This document shows, piece by piece, positions 15,588 through 30,490 of a stretch of 64,000 bases of DNA. Numbering within the stretch: position 1 is the first letter of the stretch; the number at the start of each line of letters is the position of its first letter. This DNA comes from Octopus vulgaris. Taxonomy: Eukaryota. Below the pieces are notes generated by a model. That model had not been told where the DNA came from. It did not search any database and saw only the letters and a list, made by a program, of their open reading frames with translations. The stretch is taken from positions 4,216,001 to 4,280,000 of the forward strand of contig OX597817.1 of the NCBI GenBank assembly GCA_951406725.2, given 5' to 3'. The position numbers were made by a program, and so were the translations under genes.

Positions 15588-15835
15588 AATCTGTTCCTAT
15601 AGATATCTTTACATATATCTCATACATTCAAATGAACTCATAATTATTTACGTAAATGAAGATATACATATATACACATCGGCTTATGCTTACATTAAGG
15701 TATATCTCAAAAACACAATCGCAAGTACACACAGACACAAACACAGACTCGGGCACACACACACACAGAGCTATTCCTGAAAAATCGTTTATTGTGAAAC
15801 CTAGAGTACCTTTCGGGTTTCGACTGATTAAATAA

Positions 15836-15873
<38 letters not shown>

Positions 15874-15900
15874 GTGTGTGTATACATATAATGTGTGTGA

Positions 15901-15946
<46 letters not shown>

Positions 15947-15954
15947 ATATATAT

Positions 15955-16225
15955 GAAGGCCCATGGCCAAGGGGTTGAGGTATTGCTCTCACGATCGCTA
16001 GACCACAGGCTCTATTCCGGGACAGGGCGGAGTGTTGTATTCTTGAGCAAAACACTTAATTTCACGTTGCTCCAATCCAGTCCAGTCCGCTGTAAAAGAG
16101 TAACCCTGTGAGAGAACGTTGTCCTGATCACACAGTAAGAGGGTGGGTGTCATTCGAAAGTTAAAGCAATACCAAACGTTTAGTGGCCAGTGACTTACAA
16201 CAACACCCTGGTCGATACCGTGATA
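15955..16225 (+). mobile_element. Degenerate tRNA-derived CORE-like SINE (family C)
   Basis: A-box-like TGGCCAAGGGG, B-box-like GGCTCTATTCC and CORE-like TTCTTGAGCAAAACACTT. Confidence 0.5.
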
Positions 16226-16474
16226 TATATAAATAGTCCTCCATTTGTGTGCGTGTGTGTATGGAGGGTTCAATTTCTTAAAATCTTCAATAGCTTAGTT
16301 CTGGTAGGCTAGCTCCTCTGGTGCTGCCTCCAAACAGAAACACTTATAATATTTCAAGGCCGTAATGATGGCTTCTCATTTGTGTGGGTTGCGGGTTGTA
16401 AATGAGGGTGGAACTCAGCAAGGATTAATTTTCATTAACTTTAAAAGCATATTCACTTAGGCATATTCACACCA

Positions 16475-16720
16475 TTTACTTGTCTCAGTCATTAGACTGC
16501 GGCCATGCTGGAGCACTATATTGAAGCACTTTTAGTCGAATAAATTAACCCAAGTATTTTTTGAGCTTGGTATTTATTAAACCGCAAAGTTGCAGTCACA
16601 TAAACAAACCAACACCGGTTGTCAAACGATGGAGGTGGACACACAGACACACACATAAATACACATAAATATACATATATATTCATATATATAAATATAT
16701 GTATGTGTGTGTATACACAG

Positions 16721-16757
<37 letters not shown>

Positions 16758-16969
16758 ATCAACTAATAAGGGTGAGAAAATTGGATACTGATTTAATAGT
16801 ACCATCAATTCAACACCATTAGTGTATAAAAACCAGGAATACAATAAATTTTATATGTAAATATAAGAGAGTGACCACTATGTGGTCTACTCTAGCACTA
16901 AAAACCAGCGGATCTATTTTTAGTGCTAGAGTAGACCACATAGTGGTCACTCTCTTATATTTACATATA

Positions 16970-17007
<38 letters not shown>

Positions 17008-17058
17008 CGCTCACGCACACAGACACTTACACAGATATACACGCACAATCAGACAGAA

Positions 17059-17106
<48 letters not shown>

Positions 17107-17264
17107 TCATAATGGGCTTCTTTCTGTTTTCGTCTACCAAATCCAATCTCAAGGCTTTGGTCAATTCAAGGGTACGGCAGAAAGCACTTGTCCAAGGTGC
17201 CACGAGCGTGACTGAACCTGAAACTATGTGGTTGGACACTTCTTATCCCACAGCCACGCCAGCC
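16475..17264 (-). mobile_element. SINE family B copy carrying an insert in its internal microsatellite
   Basis: Tail (CAGTCATTAGACTGCGGCCATGCTGGAGCAC) at 16475-16640 and head (CTTGTCCAAGGTGCCAC...CACAGCCAC) at 17115-17264 match the reverse complement of the 17365 element. Confidence 0.78.
16852..16969. repeat. Perfect 53-bp inverted repeat with 12-nt loop
   Basis: 16852-16904 is the exact reverse complement of 16917-16969; loop CCAGCGGATCTA. Confidence 0.93.
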
Positions 17265-17364
17265 TTTGTACAATGAGACTGATCCACCAAAATTTGGATT
17301 CCCATCCTGTTTTCGAAACAAATATGCTACATGAATGTTTAAAATACGTACTTCAAACTAGCAT

Positions 17365-17531
17365 AGGCGCAGGAGTGGCTGTGTGGTAAGTAGCTTGCAA
17401 AACAACCACATGGTTCCGGGTTCAGTCCCACTGCGTGGCATCTTGGGCAAGTGTCTTTTGCTATAGCCCCGGGCCGACCAATGCCTTGTCACTGGATTTG
17501 GTAGACAGAAAACTGAAAGATACCTGTCGTA

Positions 17532-17589
<58 letters not shown>

Positions 17590-17813
17590 TGTGTGTTTGT
17601 TTGTGTGTCTGTGTTTGTCCCCCTAGCATTGCTTGACAACTGATGCTGGTGTGTTTATGTCCCCGTTACTTAGCGGTTCGGCAAAAGAGACCGATAGAAT
17701 AAGTACTGGGCTTACAAAAAGAATAAGTCCCGGGGTCGAGTTGGTCGATTAAAGGCGGTGCTCCAGCATGGCCGCAGTCAAATGACTGAAACAAGTAAAA
17801 GAGTAAAAGAGAG
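17365..17813 (+). mobile_element. tRNA-derived CORE-like SINE family B, full length
   Basis: A box TGGCTGTGTGG, B box GGTTCAGTCC, CORE-like CTTGGGCAAGTGTCTT, internal (TA)n/(TG)n, tail CAGCATGGCCGCAGTC..GACTGAAACAAG(TAAAAGAG)n. Possible TSD TAGCAT at 17359 and 17814. Confidence 0.88.
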
Positions 17814-18169
17814 TAGCATGTGCGTGTCTCTACCAAACACTCTATCTCAACATATCTACGTACACGCCTTCCCAAGATCAAATTAAGACAATAATAAACA
17901 AACCTACAAAAAATGTTCAACTAGTTGCCGCCCCAAACCCAAATCATAAACCTCAAAGTCAAACCTACCATCTCCATTTATAACAAGCATTTAGGTCCGT
18001 ATAGTTCATTCCGCTGGTCACTGTGAGACATGGACTAATCCATGTGTATAAAATGTTTATACACATATGATAGATAGATATACATACACAAGCAAAAATG
18101 CATAATATACATACATACATACATACATGGCCTTGCTTTTTACTTTTTGAGCCAAAAGAATAACTTAAC

Positions 18170-18333
<164 letters not shown>

Positions 18334-18482
18334 CTCAGAGTAACAGATTTTGTTGAATTTTCTGCTGCTTTTAAATATAGCATATTACTCTACCACTGGT
18401 ATTTGAGTACTCTTTTTTCGACCTTGTTTCACATTTATGTGTTTACTCCGGTATATATATATATATATATACATATATATAT

Positions 18483-18531
<49 letters not shown>

Positions 18532-19256
18532 GTGGAAAAATATTAAAAAATACTTCTTGGTACAGTATGTATGTATGTGTGTATGTATTTAAGTATCAGG
18601 CTTAAAAATAGGCCTTGGTTCGATTTGTTCGAGCAAATCATTTAAAGCCGTGCTCCAGCATGGCTGCAGTGCAGCGACAGAAACAAATCGAACATAAACA
18701 AATGATATACGAAAATCTGTTTATCTATCAACCCTCCCTCCCCCCTCCCTCCTCCCCCACCCCTCTCTGAACAAACACACACATATATATATCCCTATAA
18801 TACTACATAACTATACACATATACACACATATACACACATATACACAACGCGAACACACACTCGCCAGCGCGCACATATATTAGTGATAGTCCGTGTGTG
18901 GAAAAGAGGAAAGTCATAAAGTGTTCAATACAATAGATCGATTATAGAAGATCCTTCATTAAATATAGGAAACGTATCATCACACTTGCGGGAATTCCGT
19001 TATAAAATATATCATCCGAGGTGGTTCATTTCACGAAAGAAACTGGCAAAAGTTATTTCTTCGTTTAAAATACTTTCACGTGGACCTGGACCTATGTACA
19101 TCCATACATAGATACATACATGCATACAAACACCAATACACACATATACACATGCACACATACGAACATATATGTATATATATGTGCATATATGTATATA
19201 TGTATATATATATGTGTCTATATATATATTTGTATCTATATATATGTGTCTATATA

Positions 19257-19292
<36 letters not shown>

Positions 19293-19526
19293 GTATATAT
19301 ATTCAAATGTGTGTGTATGTGTGTGTGTGGGGGGGAGTGTTTAATGATTACTCAGAAGAAAAACGTTGAGGATGACTTCGAAGATCTGATTTCTTCGACT
19401 TCGTCACACAATTTGCCGAATATCAGAAAGCTAAAATTTCGAAGTCACTATCAAATATTTCCTTCTATAAAGATCAATTATGAAATATTGAGTAGTCTTT
19501 CAGTTGAGCAAGAAACTGTTTATGAT

Positions 19527-19800
<274 letters not shown>

Positions 19801-20556
19801 CTACACACAACCACACACACATTCAAATACACATGTATGCTTAAAAGCACACATCCGTGTCTGTCACTCCACTACTTGACGACAGGTTTTGACTCGTTTA
19901 GATATTAGCGGTTCGCTGAAACAGACCGATAAAATAGGTAGCAAAGTTTAAAATATGTACTGGAGTCGAATTGTTCCTCTAAACCAACCGAGGTCTTGCC
20001 CCAGCATGGCCGCAGGTTTATTAAAGATATATATATATATATAATAGTCAAAACTCGCATGTATATATATATATACGCACGCACACACACATAGACGTGT
20101 GTGTATGTATTTGCACATATATATATGTATGTGTGTATATGGTAACTCACATATATATTTATCTAGACTCACACGCTTATGTATGTAATATGAACGTTTG
20201 TATATCCAGGTATGTATAATTATACATGAAATATTACATGTGCGAGGTGTATGTAATATGAGTGATGAACGAAATAAAACAGGCAAAGAAACAGAAAGAA
20301 CGAAGAAAAGTCAGACAGAAAGGGAATGAGGGGAGAGGGGTGGAGTGGGGGGGGAGAGAGCACTAGACTCAGAAGTAAATATGGAATCATGAATATATAT
20401 ATAAGATCAAATACAAGCGAAGAAATAATTCGTACTTATGTATGTAAACATACGTACATGCATACATACATACATACATACATACATACATAAATGCATG
20501 CATACATACATGTATACACACATATACATATATTATATAATATGATATAATACAAC

Positions 20557-20638
<82 letters not shown>

Positions 20639-20728
20639 ATATATATATATATATAGTAATGGGTCTTTTACATGCCGAACTCTACTTGGTGAAATTAATG
20701 ATTATTTCTAAACTAATTAATTTCACCC

Positions 20729-20767
<39 letters not shown>

Positions 20768-21394
20768 TATATGTGTGTGTGTAAACATTTGGTTTTTGAG
20801 ATTTCTACTGCTCTTTCTAACACAACGCTTTCCTATTTGGAAGCCTCTTATTGTATATATATATATATATATATATATTATTCTTTCTTTCGATTAAGTC
20901 ATTTGACTGCGGCCACCGGAGCACACACACACACACACACACACGCACACACACACACACATGCGCAACATTGGTCGTACAAATACAACACACAAATAAT
21001 ACCGACTCCCATACAGTGTAAGACACAAAAACTTACCAAAAAAAACCGCACACGCTTACTCACATACAGTCACGCCCCACGGACACAGGTGCACGCACAC
21101 ACAGGGCGAGCGCGCATACACACACACACACGAAAGGTATATACCATAAGTATACTGAACCACGATTTTATCTTACTTCGAAACGACCCACTCACAAGAG
21201 ATATCAACGATACGTACATATATGCATACTCGTATACATACATACATATATAGATATAGATATATATAGTGCTGAAGATCGGCACACACAGATATATATC
21301 TACTTAATCACGTAGACAAAAATATGCAAATATTCATAATCACGCTATCTAGAAGTGTGTGTGTGTATAAATATATTTATATATATATATATAT

Positions 21395-21425
<31 letters not shown>

Positions 21426-21455
21426 TGTGTGTATTTATATATTTATATATACATA

Positions 21456-21504
<49 letters not shown>

Positions 21505-21645
21505 GCAGGCAAATATATAAGCTTCATATTTTACTAAACCGAACGCACCAATTGTATATGTATGTGAATACATACGCAACCACATACACATACATACCTA
21601 TTTAGTTTCATACATATATACACACGTCCATTCTTTATTGTGTGT

Positions 21646-21703
<58 letters not shown>

Positions 21704-22054
21704 TACATACATAACATACCTGTTTAAACTGATTTAAACTTTCATATTCTTACACATGAAAAGCGTGCACCAGCATGGACTTAACCGTATAGCCATAAAC
21801 AACACAAATATAGAGGCGCACGTATACGCATATATGCACATGTGTATAAACACCTATACACCAATTATCACACACACACACACAAAAACAATGTGTACAC
21901 GCAGATACAAAGTTTTACAATACCCTCATAACGCATGCACATAACCATATACATATACGTATTGATCGATAGCTATACACTTTGCAAATCAAACGCGCGC
22001 GCGCGCGTGTGTATGTATACATGCATACATACATACATACATACATACATACAT

Positions 22055-22092
<38 letters not shown>

Positions 22093-22096
22093 ATAT

Positions 22097-22349
22097 AGGC
22101 ACAGGAGTGGCTGTTTGGTAAGTAGCTTACTTAGAAGCCACATGGTTCCAGGTTCAGTCCCACTGCCTGATGCCTTGGGCAAGTGTCTTCTTCTATAGCC
22201 TTGGGCCGACCAAAGCCTTGTGATTGGATTTTGTGGAGGAAACTGAAAGAAGCCCATCATATATATATATATAGCATCCAATAACAGTGCTTGTTCCACG
22301 TCCTCGCGTTGTTTTTTCTTGCTTGTTCATATAATTTTATATACATATG

Positions 22350-22402
<53 letters not shown>

Positions 22403-22665
22403 CAAAGAAAGAGAGAGAGAGATGGATAGATACACACACACATATATATATATATATGTGTGTGTGTATGTGTTTGCGTGTGTGTATTTATCCCTTTCAA
22501 GGCCCAACATCGCTTGTAAACCGACGCTGGTGTATTTACGTCCCCGTAACTTAGCGGTTCGGCATAAATCACCGATAGAATAAGTCCTGGGGTCGCTTTG
22601 CTCGACTAAAGGCGGTGCTCTAGCATGGCCACAGTTAAATAACTGAAACAAATAAAAGAATAAAA
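22097..22665 (+). mobile_element. SINE family B copy
   Basis: Same head, CORE-like segment and tail as 17365, with an expanded internal microsatellite. Confidence 0.85.
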
Positions 22666-22694
22666 AAATTATATAGATAGATACATAGATAGAT

Positions 22695-22733
<39 letters not shown>

Positions 22734-23045
22734 CACACCCAAAGACATACATACACACATACACACGCACATACACACGCAGATAGACTCATATCAACAG
22801 CCACAAAGACAAATGAACGGATGTAGTTATACTATCAGGCACAGTACAGACTAACATAGACACACACATACACACACACACACACACATACATACATACA
22901 CACATACACACACACATACACACACACATACACACACACGACACTCAAACACAAACACACATGCACACACAAGCACTCCTATACACTCACACACACGCGC
23001 ACATACACATAGCCCTAAGCACGCACGCACACACACATACACACG

Positions 23046-23103
<58 letters not shown>

Positions 23104-23995
23104 GCGAGTGGGCTTTGGGTCAACGTCCTGTGAATTACACAACTCCGGTTTATAAGAAGCGAGTGGCGGGTCATTCTGACATTTTTCGCTGGTCGGTGGT
23201 GAGTTAGCTGGTTGTTGTAAATAAACACGCACACAAACAAACACGGATACACACACACACACACTTATGGGCATATATAGGAGTGTGTGTGTGTGTGTGT
23301 GTGTGTGTATGTATGAGTTTGTGTATATATATATATATAATTTACAGACAGACACACATCAGCACATACATAAATACTTACAATCGCACACGCATTATTC
23401 ATGTGTGAACAAGTGAGTGTGAGAGCGTGTTTGTGCGACTGTTGTATTTTTAATGTGGTTCTGTGTGTGTACGTGTATGTGTGTGTGTGTGTGTGTGTGT
23501 CCTATTAATCTATCTTTCTTTCTTTCTTTTTTGCCTATTGTATAAATACATCGACGCACATACGCACGCACACACACACATATGAAGAGAGCGCGATAGA
23601 TTCTCTCTGTCTCTCTCGCACACACATACACACACGTATAATATATATATATATGTGTGTGTACATATAAACATATATACCTAAATACACACACATACAT
23701 GTATGTGCGAGTACGTGAATTTTATTCTTTTTATCTTCTGGTGAATATGTGCTCATACATTTCATTGCATGTATGTGTCACAGTGACCGCTGTCAGACAC
23801 ACGCATCCGACGCGCTATCGTCAACGTGTGCATCTAGATTTCGATATGGACTTAGCTGTAACTATATGAATATGTGTGTGTTTTAATACACTCGCAAATA
23901 TCTGCGTATGTGAGTGTGTACACACACACACACACATACACACATACACACATACATGCATGCGTATGTATATATGATTATATCTATATACTATT

Positions 23996-24036
<41 letters not shown>

Positions 24037-25081
24037 AACAGAGGAGTGTGACAGAGAGAGGGGGTAGACAGACACACACACACACACATGCATATATACA
24101 TCTATATATATATATATATATATTGTGAGAGTGAGAGAGAGAAAGAGAGAGAGTACATATGAGTACAGATACTCATAAATATTTTTCTTTGACTACCGTA
24201 AACATTTCGGTATTAGTAGACCAAAGTACTCTACCCGTAATCATGCTATATTTTGGAAGGTAAAATTTATCTACATTGCTTAAGACAATATAGACTCATT
24301 TGCTGGGTACTTGACTGCTATTCCTAGCAGACTGATGTACCACATTGACGCTCTCGTATTCTGTGTTTACACCTGTTGTGGAAAATATATATACACGTAC
24401 AAGCGATTTTACAAGCGTGGCAGAATTATGTAACACCAATGTTACATAACTCTGTGTCTGTGCGTGTGTTTATATATGAATATAATACATATATTATGTA
24501 TTATATCATATTACATATATTATATTATATTACATTATATTATATTATATTATATTATGTTATATTATTCACACACACACACATACGGCGACAGAGAGAG
24601 AGACGGAGAGAAAGATATAAAAGCTATACTAACACAGGCCCATACACATATGTAATATATTAGTATATGAAATTCGATACAGCGCTTTTAATAAAAACAT
24701 ATATTTAGTTTCGCTGTGAAAGTATACTCGCTAATAAATCCGGTCCGTTAGATTCGTACAGTGTTTTTAATAAGAGTGCACCTGTTTTGGAGGGTTTAAC
24801 AAGGTTATAAGGAAATTTACTAATTGTAAATCCACTTCTTGGGGATTTGAAATAAGGGCTCCTGATGAGACAGCAGAAAATAAGATACGTGTTGGTCGAT
24901 CTCTCGTTTATAGTAATTGCTGATTCTGCGAGTTTTGGCTGTTACATATATATATATATATCTTTATTAAACTTATTAAATCGATATTGTGCAGGCATTT
25001 CCACACGACAACACTTTGCGATATCGTTAAGAGATATGCATACACACACATATGCGTATGTAAATGCGTGTATATATATCT

Positions 25082-25134
<53 letters not shown>

Positions 25135-25136
25135 CA

Positions 25137-25172
<36 letters not shown>

Positions 25173-25675
25173 TATATAATTAGTTTTAAAATATTTTGGG
25201 GAGCAAGTAGCATTGTAAGAAATAAAATATATATTAACACACTCGCGCGCATAAATACTTATCCGCGTGTATAAGTGTGTATCCTTGTGCGCGTGTATAT
25301 ATGAAAACAGAGGAAGGAGAGAGAGAGAGTGAGAGGAGAGAGAGAGTGCATGTGTGTATATGTAGTGGGCAGGAATTGTCAGAATTTCGGGCAAAGCCTC
25401 TCACAGTATATGATTTGGCTCTTTGCGTTCTGAAAGTACTGCTCTATACGAAACAGGAGCCGAGTTACTGCGGCCCAGGTCACTGGACTACCCAAAGGGT
25501 AAACATTGATGGTGGCGTGGGGGGTGGGGAAGACTTGTATGCATGAGTAAATGCTAGTCATACTCAAAGTGTCTTGCCCAAGTCTATGTTCAGATGGATG
25601 GTGATTCTTCGTTGACGAGTACTCCTTCTTGCTCGTCTTTAGTCCCCTTAGGATGTATGTGTATGTCCGTATATA

Positions 25676-25706
<31 letters not shown>

Positions 25707-25808
25707 TCGTACATAATACTTGCACACACATCTCTATCCATCTCTTTATCTCCCTTCTCCCCTTCTCTCTCTCTCTCTCTCTCTTATATGTGTGTATATA
25801 TAATAATG

Positions 25809-25846
<38 letters not shown>

Positions 25847-25869
25847 AAATAATAATAATAATAATAATG

Positions 25870-25948
<79 letters not shown>

Positions 25949-26756
25949 CTCCAAACTTACAGGGGAAAATTACAGGGAATATATATATATATATATATAT
26001 TCTCTCATTCATTTATTCTGTTACTTGTTCCTGATAACAGACTGTGGCAATGCTGGTATGGTGGGGCACAGCCTTGAATAGTTTATTCCATATTAGCTCC
26101 ACGTACTGTTATTTTCTTATTATTTTCTTATATTACATTTAAGATCGAAACTTATTTGATTAAAAACTTTTTGCCTGACCACTAAGTTACGACAAAGCAA
26201 AATATTAAAGAAGTCATGAATATGAACTTGAAATTTCATGATTGATCCCACTAGGAAACGTCTTGAAATATGTCATAGCTTGGCCTCAGGTCGACGTAAG
26301 ATTTGGGAATGAAACTGTGTAGATGGGTTCATACAAAATGTCTTGGAAGTATTTTGGTTGCCTGTAGGTAAATTTAGGGAACCAATCTAAGCACCTCTAG
26401 TGTCATATTGAATTTACCTGGAGATCAAGTTGAAGTTAGTGCCTGTCGAACATTTAGGCACTTTTACTATCATATACTATAGACTGTACCTGTAGTTCAA
26501 AGAGACGCTTAACATAGACTTATATTCTGTCTTATGGCGCCTGACTTCATATTAGAGTGTGTTTTACTTTGCATTAAATGTATAAGTGTCTGTAGAATAT
26601 TCAGTCATTCAGAACTATTTAATTCGAGAAGGATTTTCTTCCGTAGATCAGAGAAATAGAACACACTTCGTCCATTAGAGCCAAAATAAATTCCATTTGT
26701 TTTTCTATATGCATGCATTTGAATATAAATGTCCTTGCAAAATACACTTGGGTTAA

Positions 26757-27165
26757 GATGGCGAGCTGGCAGAATCGTTATCACGTCGGTCGGTCGGACG
26801 TGATATGCTTAGCGACATTTCTTCCGGCTTGACGTTCTGAGCTCAAATTCTGCTGAGGCCACTTGAACTTTTCATCGTTTTAGGGTCGATAAATTAAGTA
26901 CTAGTCCAACACCGTCGTCGATGTAATCAACTAGCCGCATCTCTACAAATTTCAGGCATTCCATAGCAGAATCGTTAGCACGCAGGGAAAAATGCTTAAT
27001 AGCATTTCGTCCGTCATTAAGTTCTGAGTTCAAATTCCGCCGAGGTCGACTTTGCCACACATCGTTTTGGGGTCGATAAATTAAGTACCAGTGAAAACTG
27101 GGGTCGATGTAATCGACTAGTTCCCTCTCCCAAAATTTCGGGCCTTGTGCCTTTAGTAGAAAGGA
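26757..27165 (+). mobile_element. Two tandem SINE family A copies
   Basis: Heads GGCGAGCTGGCAGAATCGTTA (about 26760) and GCAGAATCGTTAGCAC (about 26966), each with the GGTCGATAAATTAAGTAC core. Confidence 0.8.
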
Positions 27166-27182
27166 TTATTATTATTATTTTT

Positions 27183-27316
27183 CAGTAGTATATTTTTTAT
27201 ATCGAGCTTTCACTTCACTACCGAGCGCAGCTCTGTGTGCCTTGGGTATGTGCTGTGATTTGTTGTGATGCTCTGATGATTATTGTATGGAAAGTGTTCT
27301 GCGTAGGATGTGTGCA
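27183..27316 (-). mobile_element. Short 5'-truncated R4/Dong-like 3' end in (TTA)n
   Basis: Closely matches 28308-28441; flanked by (TTA)n and (TAA)n. Confidence 0.72.
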
Positions 27317-27431
<115 letters not shown>

Positions 27432-27645
27432 TTTAGACAAGAAGAAGAACGCGATTCGATTGTAAGTTATTTTATTGAACGATATTTCAACAGTATGTTT
27501 GTCTTTGTCAAGTTCAAAATAAGGTTAGACTTTCGAATCGATCCGTTACTGGACAAGGATTCGGGATTATTTTTCCTGTTTTTTTTTTCTTCGTGAAGAG
27601 TTACGTGAATCCTTTTTTAAAATATATCATTATTATTATTATTAC

Positions 27646-27994
27646 TACCTCCGCCTTGGCGAATGCGGAGGTATTGTTTCAGTTGTGTTTGTTTGCTTGT
27701 TTGTCCGTAGACAAGATATCTCAAGAACCGCTGGATGGATTCGAACGAAACTTTCATGGTTGTTTGGCCTCATGACTGGCACAGACTGATTAGACTTTAG
27801 CATCGATATGATACTGGACAAGGATTCTAGATTATTTTTCCTGTTTTTTTTTTTACATAATTTTTGAGAGCGTTTGGGTTCACTTTTGGTATTTTCGTTT
27901 TTCAGATATTCTCATTTTAAAAACCATCTCCGCCTAATCGTTGAGAGAACGATGGTATTGTCTTGGCAGAGGTTTGCTCTCTCTGAGTGCTCTT
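27646..27994 (+). mobile_element. Helentron-associated (HINE/DINE-1-like) non-autonomous element
   Basis: 5' palindrome TACCTCCGC...GCGGAGGTA, (GTTT)-type tract, 3' subterminal inverted copy TTGGCAGAGGT and terminal stem-loop GCTCTCTCTGAGTGC before T-rich sequence. Confidence 0.68.
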
Positions 27995-28007
27995 GTTGTT
28001 GTTGTTG

Positions 28008-28044
<37 letters not shown>

Positions 28045-28198
28045 CATTGAATTTAGAGAGCAGTGCTGGGGCCCAGTTAGAATTTTATTCTGGTCGAGTA
28101 ACCCATCCAGCTCAAAAGATCCCTGAATAAGGATTGATTAAGGATGTTGAACGAAGCACCCATGTTTCCAGAGGTGAATTATTCAAACCCCAAAGGGC

Positions 28199-28289
<91 letters not shown>

Positions 28290-28307
28290 ATCATTATTAT
28301 TATTATT

Positions 28308-28690
28308 CAGTAGTTTTATTTTTATAGCGTGCTTTCACTTCACTACCGAGCGCAGCTCTGTGTGCCTTGGGTATGTGCTGTGATTTGTTGTGATGCTCTG
28401 ATGGTTATTGTATGGAAAGTGTTCTGCGTAGGATGTGTGCAGTGCCCAGTAGTGCAATTTTCTGTATGTTATATGTGTTTGTAAGTCCTGGTGTTTTTGT
28501 TATGTATTTGTCTGAATATTTTTTGATCATGCCTAATGCACCTACTATGATAGGAATTGTTTCTGTTTTCAGATTCCACATTCTAGTTACCTCTATTTCC
28601 AGGTCTTTGTATTTTGAGAGTTTCTCCATTTCTTTTAGAGACACGTTGTCATCTGCCGGTATTGATACATCAATTAGAAAGCATTTTTTT
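28308..28690 (-). mobile_element. 5'-truncated R4/Dong-like non-LTR retrotransposon (restriction-like endonuclease C-terminus and 3' UTR)
   Basis: Open frame KCFLIDVSIPADDNVSLKEMEKLSKYKDLEIEVTRMWNLKTETIPIIVGALG...IQKIALLGTAHILRRTL, with the D..KxxKY motif of the REL endonuclease. Embedded in (TTA)n on both sides. Confidence 0.85.
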
Positions 28691-28698
28691 TATCATTA

Positions 28699-28757
<59 letters not shown>

Positions 28758-29265
28758 GAAAGAGCGACGCGCTGGTAGAATCGTTAGCACGTCGTACTTT
28801 AAAATGTCTAACGGCACTCTTACCAGTTTTACGTTCTACCCGCTGAGGTTGACTTGGCCTCTCATCCTTTCGGGGTTGATAAAACAAGTAACAGTGAAAC
28901 TTCCTCAAAATTTTAGGCCCTGTGCTGGTCAGTGTTCTTGTTCAGCCTTAGGTCAGCATTGACTGGACAAGCCTATGATCTGATCTGTTACAGTCATTGA
29001 AACGACCCCGGGCTTTGTGTACCTCGAATTACATTATCCGTTGTCACCAGAGCTTTCATGGTCGTTAAGGATTAATTTGAGGAAATCTCGCCTACTATTT
29101 CTACCAGGTTGAGCGAACACTTACCAGTGGGTTTATCTCGTTGCTTGAAAAAGTACGAGAGTATAAGTGTGTGTGTGTGTGTGTCTGTCTGTCTGTCTGT
29201 CTGTCTTTCTGTGTGGAGTGTGTGTGCGAGAGACAGACAGACATAAGACAGACCGACAGACAGAC

Positions 29266-29386
<121 letters not shown>

Positions 29387-29726
29387 TTTAGATAGATAGA
29401 TAGAGAGAGAGAGAGAAAGAGAGAGCTGGGGGAAAGGGGGAAGTAAGGAGAGAGGGAGAGAAGAGAATACTGCTTGTTGAGAGAGAAAAGTTACGTAACC
29501 AAGCCGAGTGTTAGAGTCTCTATGTTTGTTAGCGAAATCGCTTTTACTAAACGTAAGCGGTTATCTGTGTGAGCCAACGCAGAATCTCTTTCTTTCTCTC
29601 TTTCTCTCTTTCTTACTCACTCTCTGTCTCTGAATTTGTCTTTCCGTCTTTTTTCTAAAACACATACATACGCACACAAAAACACAAATCTACTTATTTC
29701 TTCAGAATGTGCACATACGTAGCTAT

Positions 29727-30138
29727 CTTTTATACATACTTTATACTTTTCAGTCGTTAGACTGCAGCTATGTTGGGGAACCGCCTTGAAGAATTACTGT
29801 CGAACGAATCGATCTCACTACTTCCTCTGTGAGTGTGTCTTTTTTTAACCTGGTACTTATTCTACCGGTCTCTTTTACCGGTAGATTAAGTTACGGGTAC
29901 GTAAACACACCAACACCGGTTGTCAGGTGGTAGTGAGGACAAACACTAACACACACACACACGCACACACACACAATACACATGAGTTTCTTTCAGTTTC
30001 CGTCTACCGTATCATCACACGTGTTATGATCGACCTAGGGACTAGAAAACACTTGTCCAAGATGCCACGCAGTGGGACTGAACCCGGAACCATGTGGTTG
30101 GGAAGCAAACTTCTTACCACACAGCCACGCCTATAAGT
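29727..30138 (-). mobile_element. SINE family B copy
   Basis: CACTTGTCCAAGATGCCACGCAGTGGGACTGAACCCGGAACCATGTGG head with a degenerate tail; possible TSD GTAGCTAT. Confidence 0.8.
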
Positions 30139-30342
30139 GTAGCTATATTAGCATGAATGTGTTTGGAAGTTTGTGTGTGTGTGTGTGTGTGTGTGTGGAC
30201 GATCGTATTGAAAATTACTGCGTGTGAGAGAAAAATAGTAGGAGAGAGAAACAGGATGCTGGCAAGATAAAATAGTATATAGGCAGTGAAGGAGAGAGTG
30301 TGATATAGGTATGTACGTCGGTATATATATACATACATAGAT

Positions 30343-30490
<148 letters not shown>

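Noticed and set aside
17366-17440. tRNA gene
   Set aside because: It has A and B boxes but no full cloverleaf and continues into a repeated SINE body. The same applies to 41739 and the family A heads.
24858-24935. Hammerhead from CTGATGA...GAAA
   Set aside because: The canonical box is present, but no convincing stem II or stem III with a cleavage triplet can be drawn.
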